NCBI GenBank assembly: GCA_002189035.1
Contig: NEEC01000202.1
Coordinates: forward strand, 1 to 23,179
Source: Utricularia gibba
Taxonomy: Eukaryota; Plantae; Magnoliophyta
Direction of reading: 5' to 3'
DNA: 23,179 nucleotides
Each line of letters starts with the position of its first letter. The stretch's first letter is position 1. A program made the translations under genes and the position numbers. Below, in pieces: positions 8,601 to 20,846 of the stretch. The notes beneath the pieces are model-generated. The model searched no databases. It saw nothing but the letters and a program-made list of their open reading frames with translations, and was not told where the DNA came from.

Positions 8601-11600
8601 GTGGCATCACTTATCCCAACACTGTTGTATACTCAGGATATGCGTAAATATTTATTTTTAACAAATCCGGTGCACGTGTGATTTTTCGGCTGCATCCCGA
8701 ATGGTGATGCGCAATGAAATGACTATGTCGCACATCCTGGTCCACGAAGCACCTCTTCGAAAACATGTAGAGCCTTACTCTTCATAGCACACCATTGGGA
8801 AGCTTTATTCGTGCTCCAAGTAATATCATATGGAGTTACGTTTTTCCGATAACTGTGGACATATTAAAAACAACCTCAACGAAAAGTGTCTTCCGTGTCC
8901 TTCCTTGGTGGCTGCGTCTAAGAATGTGCTTCTCGTTCTCGACATTGATGCAAATGGGATACACGGCAAAAGAATCAAATAGCCACTAGAGACATGGTGT
9001 ATGGGAATGGTGCATCAAGAATCAGAAGTATCATAGCAACTAATTGAATCAATCAACAGCCAAAACATATGGTGTCAAACTTCATCGGATATGCGATCAA
9101 GATGGAAAAAAGTCACATGTTACATCATGAATTTCGTGGCATCACTTATCCCAACACTGTTGTATACTCAGGATATGCGTAAATATTTATTTTTAACAAA
9201 TCCGGTGCACGTGTGATTTTTCGGCTGCATCCCGAATGGTGATGCGCAATGAAATGACTATGTCGCACATCCTGGTCCACGAAGCACCTCTTCGAAAACA
9301 TGTAGAGCCTTACTCTTCATAGCACACCATTGGGAAGCTTTATTCGTGCTCCAAGTAATATCATATGGAGTTACGTTTTTCCGATAACTGTGGACATATT
9401 AAAAACAACCTCAACGAAAAGTGTCTTCCGTGTCCTTCCTTGGTGGCTGCGTCTAAGAATGTGCTTCTCGTTCTCGACATTGATGCAAATGGGATACACG
9501 GCAAAAGAATCAAATAGCCACTAGAGACATGGTGTATGGGAATGGTGCATCAAGAATCAGAAGTATCATAGCAACTAATTGAATCAATCAACAGCCAAAA
9601 CATATGGTGTCAAACTTCATCGGATATGCGATCAAGATGGAAAAAAGTCACATGTTACATCATGAATTTCGTGGCATCACTTATCCCAACACTGTTGTAT
9701 ACTCAGGATATGCGTAAATATTTATTTTTAACAAATCCGGTGCACGTGTGATTTTTCGGCTGCATCCCGAATGGTGATGCGCAATGAAATGACTATGTCG
9801 CACATCCTGGTCCACGAAGCACCTCTTCGAAAACATGTAGAGCCTTACTCTTCATAGCACACCATTGGGAAGCTTTATTCGTGCTCCAAGTAATATCATA
9901 TGGAGTTACGTTTTTCCGATAACTGTGGACATATTAAAAACAACCTCAACGAAAAGTGTCTTCCGTGTCCTTCCTTGGTGGCTGCGTCTAAGAATGTGCT
10001 TCTCGTTCTCGACATTGATGCAAATGGGATACACGGCAAAAGAATCAAATAGCCACTAGAGACATGGTGTATGGGAATGGTGCATCAAGAATCAGAAGTA
10101 TCATAGCAACTAATTGAATCAATCAACAGCCAAAACATATGGTGTCAAACTTCATCGGATATGCGATCAAGATGGAAAAAAGTCACATGTTACATCATGA
10201 ATTTCGTGGCATCACTTATCCCAACACTGTTGTATACTCAGGATATGCGTAAATATTTATTTTTAACAAATCCGGTGCACGTGTGATTTTTCGGCTGCAT
10301 CCCGAATGGTGATGCGCAATGAAATGACTATGTCGCACATCCTGGTCCACGAAGCACCTCTTCGAAAACATGTAGAGCCTTACTCTTCATAGCACACCAT
10401 TGGGAAGCTTTATTCGTGCTCCAAGTAATATCATATGGAGTTACGTTTTTCCGATAACTGTGGACATATTAAAAACAACCTCAACGAAAAGTGTCTTCCG
10501 TGTCCTTCCTTGGTGGCTGCGTCTAAGAATGTGCTTCTCGTTCTCGACATTGATGCAAATGGGATACACGGCAAAAGAATCAAATAGCCACTAGAGACAT
10601 GGTGTATGGGAATGGTGCATCAAGAATCAGAAGTATCATAGCAACTAATTGAATCAATCAACAGCCAAAACATATGGTGTCAAACTTCATCGGATATGCG
10701 ATCAAGATGGAAAAAAGTCACATGTTACATCATGAATTTCGTGGCATCACTTATCCCAACACTGTTGTATACTCAGGATATGCGTAAATATTTATTTTTA
10801 ACAAATCCGGTGCACGTGTGATTTTTCGGCTGCATCCCGAATGGTGATGCGCAATGAAATGACTATGTCGCACATCCTGGTCCACGAAGCACCTCTTCGA
10901 AAACATGTAGAGCCTTACTCTTCATAGCACACCATTGGGAAGCTTTATTCGTGCTCCAAGTAATATCATATGGAGTTACGTTTTTCCGATAACTGTGGAC
11001 ATATTAAAAACAACCTCAACGAAAAGTGTCTTCCGTGTCCTTCCTTGGTGGCTGCGTCTAAGAATGTGCTTCTCGTTCTCGACATTGATGCAAATGGGAT
11101 ACACGGCAAAAGAATCAAATAGCCACTAGAGACATGGTGTATGGGAATGGTGCATCAAGAATCAGAAGTATCATAGCAACTAATTGAATCAATCAACAGC
11201 CAAAACATATGGTGTCAAACTTCATCGGATATGCGATCAAGATGGAAAAAAGTCACATGTTACATCATGAATTTCGTGGCATCACTTATCCCAACACTGT
11301 TGTATACTCAGGATATGCGTAAATATTTATTTTTAACAAATCCGGTGCACGTGTGATTTTTCGGCTGCATCCCGAATGGTGATGCGCAATGAAATGACTA
11401 TGTCGCACATCCTGGTCCACGAAGCACCTCTTCGAAAACATGTAGAGCCTTACTCTTCATAGCACACCATTGGGAAGCTTTATTCGTGCTCAAGTAATAT
11501 CATATGGAGTTACGTTTTTCCGATAACTGTGGACATATTAAAAACAACCTCAACGAAAAGTGTCTTCCGTGTCCTTCCTTGGTGGCTGCGTCTAAGAATG

Positions 11601-14600
11601 TGCTTCTCGTTCTCGACATTGATGCAAATGGGATACACGGCAAAAGAATCAAATAGCCACTAGAGACATGGTGTATGGGAATGGTGCATCAAGAATCAGA
11701 AGTATCATAGCAACTAATTGAATCAATCAACAGCCAAAACATATGGTGTCAAACTTCATCGGATATGCGATCAAGATGGAAAAAAGTCACATGTTACATC
11801 ATGAATTTCGTGGCATCACTTATCCCAACACTGTTGTATACTCAGGATATGCGTAAATATTTATTTTTAACAAATCCGGTGCACGTGTGATTTTTCGGCT
11901 GCATCCCGAATGGTGATGCGCAATGAAATGACTATGTCGCACATCCTGGTCCACGAAGCACCTCTTCGAAAACATGTAGAGCCTTACTCTTCATAGCACA
12001 CCATTGGGAAGCTTTATTCGTGCTCCAAGTAATATCATATGGAGTTACGTTTTTCCGATAACTGTGGACATATTAAAAACAACCTCAACGAAAAGTGTCT
12101 TCCGTGTCCTTCCTTGGTGGCTGCGTCTAAGAATGTGCTTCTCGTTCTCGACATTGATGCAAATGGGATACACGGCAAAAGAATCAAATAGCCACTAGAG
12201 ACATGGTGTATGGGAATGGTGCATCAAGAATCAGAAGTATCATAGCAACTAATTGAATCAATCAACAGCCAAAACATATGGTGTCAAACTTCATCGGATA
12301 TGCGATCAAGATGGAAAAAAGTCACATGTTACATCATGAATTTCGTGGCATCACTTATCCCAACACTGTTGTATACTCAGGATATGCGTAAATATTTATT
12401 TTTAACAAATCCGGTGCACGTGTGATTTTTCGGCTGCATCCCGAATGGTGATGCGCAATGAAATGACTATGTCGCACATCCTGGTCCACGAAGCACCTCT
12501 TCGAAAACATGTAGAGCCTTACTCTTCATAGCACACCATTGGGAAGCTTTATTCGTGCTCCAAGTAATATCATATGGAGTTACGTTTTTCCGATAACTGT
12601 GGACATATTAAAAACAACCTCAACGAAAAGTGTCTTCCGTGTCCTTCCTTGGTGGCTGCGTCTAAGAATGTGCTTCTCGTTCTCGACATTGATGCAAATG
12701 GGATACACGGCAAAAGAATCAAATAGCCACTAGAGACATGGTGTATGGGAATGGTGCATCAAGAATCAGAAGTATCATAGCAACTAATTGAATCAATCAA
12801 CAGCCAAAACATATGGTGTCAAACTTCATCGGATATGCGATCAAGATGGAAAAAAGTCACATGTTACATCATGAATTTCGTGGCATCACTTATCCCAACA
12901 CTGTTGTATACTCAGGATATGCGTAAATATTTATTTTTAACAAATCCGGTGCACGTGTGATTTTTCGGCTGCATCCCGAATGGTGATGCGCAATGAAATG
13001 ACTATGTCGCACATCCTGGTCCACGAAGCACCTCTTCGAAACATGTAGAGCCTTACTCTTCATAGCACACCATTGGGAAGCTTTATTCGTGCTCCAAGTA
13101 ATATCATATGGAGTTACGTTTTTCCGATAACTGTGGACATATTAAAAACAACCTCAACGAAAAGTGTCTTCCGTGTCCTTCCTTGGTGGCTGCGTCTAAG
13201 AATGTGCTTCTCGTTCTCGACATTGATGCAAATGGGATACACGGCAAAAGAATCAAATAGCCACTAGAGACATGGTGTATGGGAATGGTGCATCAAGAAT
13301 CAGAAGTATCATAGCAACTAATTGAATCAATCAACAGCCAAAACATATGGTGTCAAACTTCATCGGATATGCGATCAAGATGGAAAAAAGTCACATGTTA
13401 CATCATGAATTTCGTGGCATCACTTATCCCAACACTGTTGTATACTCAGGATATGCGTAAATATTTATTTTTAACAAATCCGGTGCACGTGTGATTTTTC
13501 GGCTGCATCCCGAATGGTGATGCGCAATGAAATGACTATGTCGCACATCCTGGTCCACGAAGCACCTCTTCGAAACATGTAGAGCCTTACTCTTCATAGC
13601 ACACCATTGGGAAGCTTTATTCGTGCTCCAAGTAATATCATATGGAGTTACGTTTTTCCGATAACTGTGGACATATTAAAAACAACCTCAACGAAAAGTG
13701 TCTTCCGTGTCCTTCCTTGGTGGCTGCGTCTAAGAATGTGCTTCTCGTTCTCGACATTGATGCAAATGGATACACGGCAAAAGAATCAAATAGCCACTAG
13801 AGACATGGTGTATGGGAATGGTGCATCAAGAATCAGAAGTATCATAGCAACTAATTGAATCAATCAACAGCCAAAACATATGGTGTCAAACTTCATCGGA
13901 TATGCGATCAAGATGGAAAAAAGTCACATGTTACATCATGAATTTCGTGGCATCACTTATCCCAACACTGTTGTATACTCAGGATATGCGTAAATATTTA
14001 TTTTTAACAAATCCGGTGCACGTGTGATTTTTCGGCTGCATCCCGAATGGTGATGCGCAATGAAATGACTATGTCGCACATCCTGGTCCACGAAGCACCT
14101 CTTCGAAACATGTAGAGCCTTACTCTTCATAGCACACCATTGGGAAGCTTTATTCGTGCTCCAAGTAATATCATATGGAGTTACGTTTTTCCGATAACTG
14201 TGGACATATTAAAAACAACCTCAACGAAAAGTGTCTTCCGTGTCCTTCCTTGGTGGCTGCGTCTAAGAATGTGCTTCTCGTTCTCGACATTGATGCAAAT
14301 GGGATACACGGCAAAAGAATCAAATAGCCACTAGAGACATGGTGTATGGGAATGGTGCATCAAGAATCAGAAGTATCATAGCAACTAATTGAATCAATCA
14401 ACAGCCAAAACATATGGTGTCAAACTTCATCGGATATGCGATCAAGATGGAAAAAAGTCACATGTTACATCATGAATTTCGTGGCATCACTTATCCCAAC
14501 ACTGTTGTATACTCAGGATATGCGTAAATATTTATTTTTAACAAATCCGGTGCACGTGTGATTTTTCGGCTGCATCCCGAATGGTGATGCGCAATGAAAT

Positions 14601-17600
14601 GACTATGTCGCACATCCTGGTCCACGAAGCACCTCTTCGAAAACATGTAGAGCCTTACTCTTCATAGCACACCATTGGGAAGCTTTATTCGTGCTCCAAG
14701 TAATATCATATGGAGTTACGTTTTTCCGATAACTGTGGACATATTAAAAACAACCTCAACGAAAAGTGTCTTCCGTGTCCTTCCTTGGTGGCTGCGTCTA
14801 AGAATGTGCTTCTCGTTCTCGACATTGATGCAAATGGGATACACGGCAAAAGAATCAAATAGCCACTAGAGACATGGTGTATGGGAATGGTGCATCAAGA
14901 ATCAGAAGTATCATAGCAACTAATTGAATCAATCAACAGCCAAAACATATGGTGTCAAACTTCATCGGATATGCGATCAAGATGGAAAAAAGTCACATGT
15001 TACATCATGAATTTCGTGGCATCACTTATCCCAACACTGTTGTATACTCAGGATATGCGTAAATATTTATTTTTAACAAATCCGGTGCACGTGTGATTTT
15101 TCGGCTGCATCCCGAATGGTGATGCGCAATGAAATGACTATGTCGCACATCCTGGTCCACGAAGCACCTCTTCGAAAACATGTAGAGCCTTACTCTTCAT
15201 AGCACACCATTGGGAAGCTTTATTCGTGCTCAAGTAATATCATATGGAGTTACGTTTTTCCGATAACTGTGGACATATTAAAAACAACCTCAACGAAAAG
15301 TGTCTTCCGTGTCCTTCCTTGGTGGCTGCGTCTAAGAATGTGCTTCTCGTTCTCGACATTGATGCAAATGGGATACACGGCAAAAGAATCAAATAGCCAC
15401 TAGAGACATGGTGTATGGGAATGGTGCATCAAGAATCAGAAGTATCATAGCAACTAATTGAATCAATCAACAGCCAAAACATATGGTGTCAAACTTCATC
15501 GGATATGCGATCAAGATGGAAAAAAGTCACATGTTACATCATGAATTTCGTGGCATCACTTATCCCAACACTGTTGTATACTCAGGATATGCGTAAATAT
15601 TTATTTTTAACAAATCCGGTGCACGTGTGATTTTTCGGCTGCATCCCGAATGGTGATGCGCAATGAAATGACTATGTCGCACATCCTGGTCCACGAAGCA
15701 CCTCTTCGAAAACATGTAGAGCCTTACTCTTCATAGCACACCATTGGGAAGCTTTATTCGTGCTCCAAGTAATATCATATGGAGTTACGTTTTTCCGATA
15801 ACTGTGGACATATTAAAAACAACCTCAACGAAAAGTGTCTTCCGTGTCCTTCCTTGGTGGCTGCGTCTAAGAATGTGCTTCTCGTTCTCGACATTGATGC
15901 AAATGGGATACACGGCAAAAGAATCAAATAGCCACTAGAGACATGGTGTATGGGAATGGTGCATCAAGAATCAGAAGTATCATAGCAACTAATTGAATCA
16001 ATCAACAGCCAAAACATATGGTGTCAAACTTCATCGGATATGCGATCAAGATGGAAAAAAGTCACATGTTACATCATGAATTTCGTGGCATCACTTATCC
16101 CAACACTGTTGTATACTCAGGATATGCGTAAATATTTATTTTTAACAAATCCGGTGCACGTGTGATTTTTCGGCTGCATCCCGAATGGTGATGCGCAATG
16201 AAATGACTATGTCGCACATCCTGGTCCACGAAGCACCTCTTCGAAAACATGTAGAGCCTTACTCTTCATAGCACACCATTGGGAAGCTTTATTCGTGCTC
16301 CAAGTAATATCATATGGAGTTACGTTTTTCCGATAACTGTGGACATATTAAAAACAACCTCAACGAAAAGTGTCTTCCGTGTCCTTCCTTGGTGGCTGCG
16401 TCTAAGAATGTGCTTCTCGTTCTCGACATTGATGCAAATGGGATACACGGCAAAAGAATCAAATAGCCACTAGAGACATGGTGTATGGGAATGGTGCATC
16501 AAGAATCAGAAGTATCATAGCAACTAATTGAATCAATCAACAGCCAAAACATATGGTGTCAAACTTCATCGGATATGCGATCAAGATGGAAAAAAGTCAC
16601 ATGTTACATCATGAATTTCGTGGCATCACTTATCCCAACACTGTTGTATACTCAGGATATGCGTAAATATTTATTTTTAACAAATCCGGTGCACGTGTGA
16701 TTTTTCGGCTGCATCCCGAATGGTGATGCGCAATGAAATGACTATGTCGCACATCCTGGTCCACGAAGCACCTCTTCGAAAACATGTAGAGCCTTACTCT
16801 TCATAGCACACCATTGGGAAGCTTTATTCGTGCTCCAAGTAATATCATATGGAGTTACGTTTTTCCGATAACTGTGGACATATTAAAAACAACCTCAACG
16901 AAAAGTGTCTTCCGTGTCCTTCCTTGGTGGCTGCGTCTAAGAATGTGCTTCTCGTTCTCGACATTGATGCAAATGGGATACACGGCAAAAGAATCAAATA
17001 GCCACTAGAGACATGGTGTATGGGAATGGTGCATCAAGAATCAGAAGTATCATAGCAACTAATTGAATCAATCAACAGCCAAAACATATGGTGTCAAACT
17101 TCATCGGATATGCGATCAAGATGGAAAAAAGTCACATGTTACATCATGAATTTCGTGGCATCACTTATCCCAACACTGTTGTATACTCAGGATATGCGTA
17201 AATATTTATTTTTAACAAATCCGGTGCACGTGTGATTTTTCGGCTGCATCCCGAATGGTGATGCGCAATGAAATGACTATGTCGCACATCCTGGTCCACG
17301 AAGCACCTCTTCGAAAACATGTAGAGCCTTACTCTTCATAGCACACCATTGGGAAGCTTTATTCGTGCTCCAAGTAATATCATATGGAGTTACGTTTTCC
17401 GATAACTGTGGACATATTAAAAACAACCTCAACGAAAAGTGTCTTCCGTGTCCTTCCTTGGTGGCTGCGTCTAAGAATGTGCTTCTCGTTCTCGACATTG
17501 ATGCAAATGGGATACACGGCAAAAGAATCAAATAGCCACTAGAGACATGGTGTATGGGAATGGTGCATCAAGAATCAGAAGTATCATAGCAACTAATTGA

Positions 17601-20600
17601 ATCAATCAACAGCCAAAACATATGGTGTCAAACTTCATCGGATATGCGATCAAGATGGAAAAAAGTCACATGTTACATCATGAATTTCGTGGCATCACTT
17701 ATCCCAACACTGTTGTATACTCAGGATATGCGTAAATATTTATTTTTAACAAATCCGGTGCACGTGTGATTTTTCGGCTGCATCCCGAATGGTGATGCGC
17801 AATGAAATGACTATGTCGCACATCCTGGTCCACGAAGCACCTCTTCGAAAACATGTAGAGCCTTACTCTTCATAGCACACCATTGGGAAGCTTTATTCGT
17901 GCTCAAGTAATATCATATGGAGTTACGTTTTTCCGATAACTGTGGACATATTAAAAACAACCTCAACGAAAAGTGTCTTCCGTGTCCTTCCTTGGTGGCT
18001 GCGTCTAAGAATGTGCTTCTCGTTCTCGACATTGATGCAAATGGATACACGGCAAAAGAATCAAATAGCCACTAGAGACATGGTGTATGGGAATGGTGCA
18101 TCAAGAATCAGAAGTATCATAGCAACTAATTGAATCAATCAACAGCCAAAACATATGGTGTCAAACTTCATCGGATATGCGATCAAGATGGAAAAAAGTC
18201 ACATGTTACATCATGAATTTCGTGGCATCACTTATCCCAACACTGTTGTATACTCAGGATATGCGTAAATATTTATTTTTAACAAATCCGGTGCACGTGT
18301 GATTTTTCGGCTGCATCCCGAATGGTGATGCGCAATGAAATGACTATGTCGCACATCCTGGTCCACGAAGCACCTCTTCGAAAACATGTAGAGCCTTACT
18401 CTTCATAGCACACCATTGGGAAGCTTTATTCGTGCTCCAAGTAATATCATATGGAGTTACGTTTTTCCGATAACTGTGGACATATTAAAAACAACCTCAA
18501 CGAAAAGTGTCTTCCGTGTCCTTCCTTGGTGGCTGCGTCTAAGAATGTGCTTCTCGTTCTCGACATTGATGCAAATGGGATACACGGCAAAAGAATCAAA
18601 TAGCCACTAGAGACATGGTGTATGGGAATGGTGCATCAAGAATCAGAAGTATCATAGCAACTAATTGAATCAATCAACAGCCAAAACATATGGTGTCAAA
18701 CTTCATCGGATATGCGATCAAGATGGAAAAAAGTCACATGTTACATCATGAATTTCGTGGCATCACTTATCCCAACACTGTTGTATACTCAGGATATGCG
18801 TAAATATTTATTTTTAACAAATCCGGTGCACGTGTGATTTTTCGGCTGCATCCCGAATGGTGATGCGCAATGAAATGACTATGTCGCACATCCTGGTCCA
18901 CGAAGCACCTCTTCGAAAACATGTAGAGCCTTACTCTTCATAGCACACCATTGGGAAGCTTTATTCGTGCTCCAAGTAATATCATATGGAGTTACGTTTT
19001 TCCGATAACTGTGGACATATTAAAAACAACCTCAACGAAAAGTGTCTTCCGTGTCCTTCCTTGGTGGCTGCGTCTAAGAATGTGCTTCTCGTTCTCGACA
19101 TTGATGCAAATGGATACACGGCAAAAGAATCAAATAGCCACTAGAGACATGGTGTATGGGAATGGTGCATCAAGAATCAGAAGTATCATAGCAACTAATT
19201 GAATCAATCAACAGCCAAAACATATGGTGTCAAACTTCATCGGATATGCGATCAAGATGGAAAAAAGTCACATGTTACATCATGAATTTCGTGGCATCAC
19301 TTATCCCAACACTGTTGTATACTCAGGATATGCGTAAATATTTATTTTTAACAAATCCGGTGCACGTGTGATTTTTCGGCTGCATCCCGAATGGTGATGC
19401 GCAATGAAATGACTATGTCGCACATCCTGGTCCACGAAGCACCTCTTCGAAACATGTAGAGCCTTACTCTTCATAGCACACCATTGGGAAGCTTTATTCG
19501 TGCTCCAAGTAATATCATATGGAGTTACGTTTTTCCGATAACTGTGGACATATTAAAAACAACCTCAACGAAAAGTGTCTTCCGTGTCCTTCCTTGGTGG
19601 CTGCGTCTAAGAATGTGCTTCTCGTTCTCGACATTGATGCAAATGGGATACACGGCAAAAGAATCAAATAGCCACTAGAGACATGGTGTATGGGAATGGT
19701 GCATCAAGAATCAGAAGTATCATAGCAACTAATTGAATCAATCAACAGCCAAAACATATGGTGTCAAACTTCATCGGATATGCGATCAAGATGGAAAAAA
19801 GTCACATGTTACATCATGAATTTCGTGGCATCACTTATCCCAACACTGTTGTATACTCAGGATATGCGTAAATATTTATTTTTAACAAATCCGGTGCACG
19901 TGTGATTTTTCGGCTGCATCCCGAATGGTGATGCGCAATGAAATGACTATGTCGCACATCCTGGTCCACGAAGCACCTCTTCGAAAACATGTAGAGCCTT
20001 ACTCTTCATAGCACACCATTGGGAAGCTTTATTCGTGCTCCAAGTAATATCATATGGAGTTACGTTTTTCCGATAACTGTGGACATATTAAAAACAACCT
20101 CAACGAAAAGTGTCTTCCGTGTCCTTCCTTGGTGGCTGCGTCTAAGAATGTGCTTCTCGTTCTCGACATTGATGCAAATGGGATACACGGCAAAAGAATC
20201 AAATAGCCACTAGAGACATGGTGTATGGGAATGGTGCATCAAGAATCAGAAGTATCATAGCAACTAATTGAATCAATCAACAGCCAAAACATATGGTGTC
20301 AAACTTCATCGGATATGCGATCAAGATGGAAAAAAGTCACATGTTACATCATGAATTTCGTGGCATCACTTATCCCAACACTGTTGTATACTCAGGATAT
20401 GCGTAAATATTTATTTTTAACAAATCCGGTGCACGTGTGATTTTTCGGCTGCATCCCGAATGGTGATGCGCAATGAAATGACTATGTCGCACATCCTGGT
20501 CCACGAAGCACCTCTTCGAAAACATGTAGAGCCTTACTCTTCATAGCACACCATTGGGAAGCTTTATTCGTGCTCCAAGTAATATCATATGGAGTTACGT

Positions 20601-20846
20601 TTTTCCGATAACTGTGGACATATTAAAAACAACCTCAACGAAAAGTGTCTTCCGTGTCCTTCCTTGGTGGCTGCGTCTAAGAATGTGCTTCTCGTTCTCG
20701 ACATTGATGCAAATGGGATACACGGCAAAAGAATCAAATAGCCACTAGAGACATGGTGTATGGAATGGTGCATCAAGAATCAGAAGTATCATAGCAACTA
20801 ATTGAATCAATCAACAGCCAAAACATATGGTGTCAAACTTCATCGG

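Noticed and set aside
13607-13858. 83-aa, 84-aa, 77-aa and 63-aa ORF variants in the ORF track (13607, 17277, 17942, 18951, 22638)
   Set aside because: They arise from small deletions fusing different frames in individual copies, and these deletions are probably sequencing errors. They are not distinct genes.
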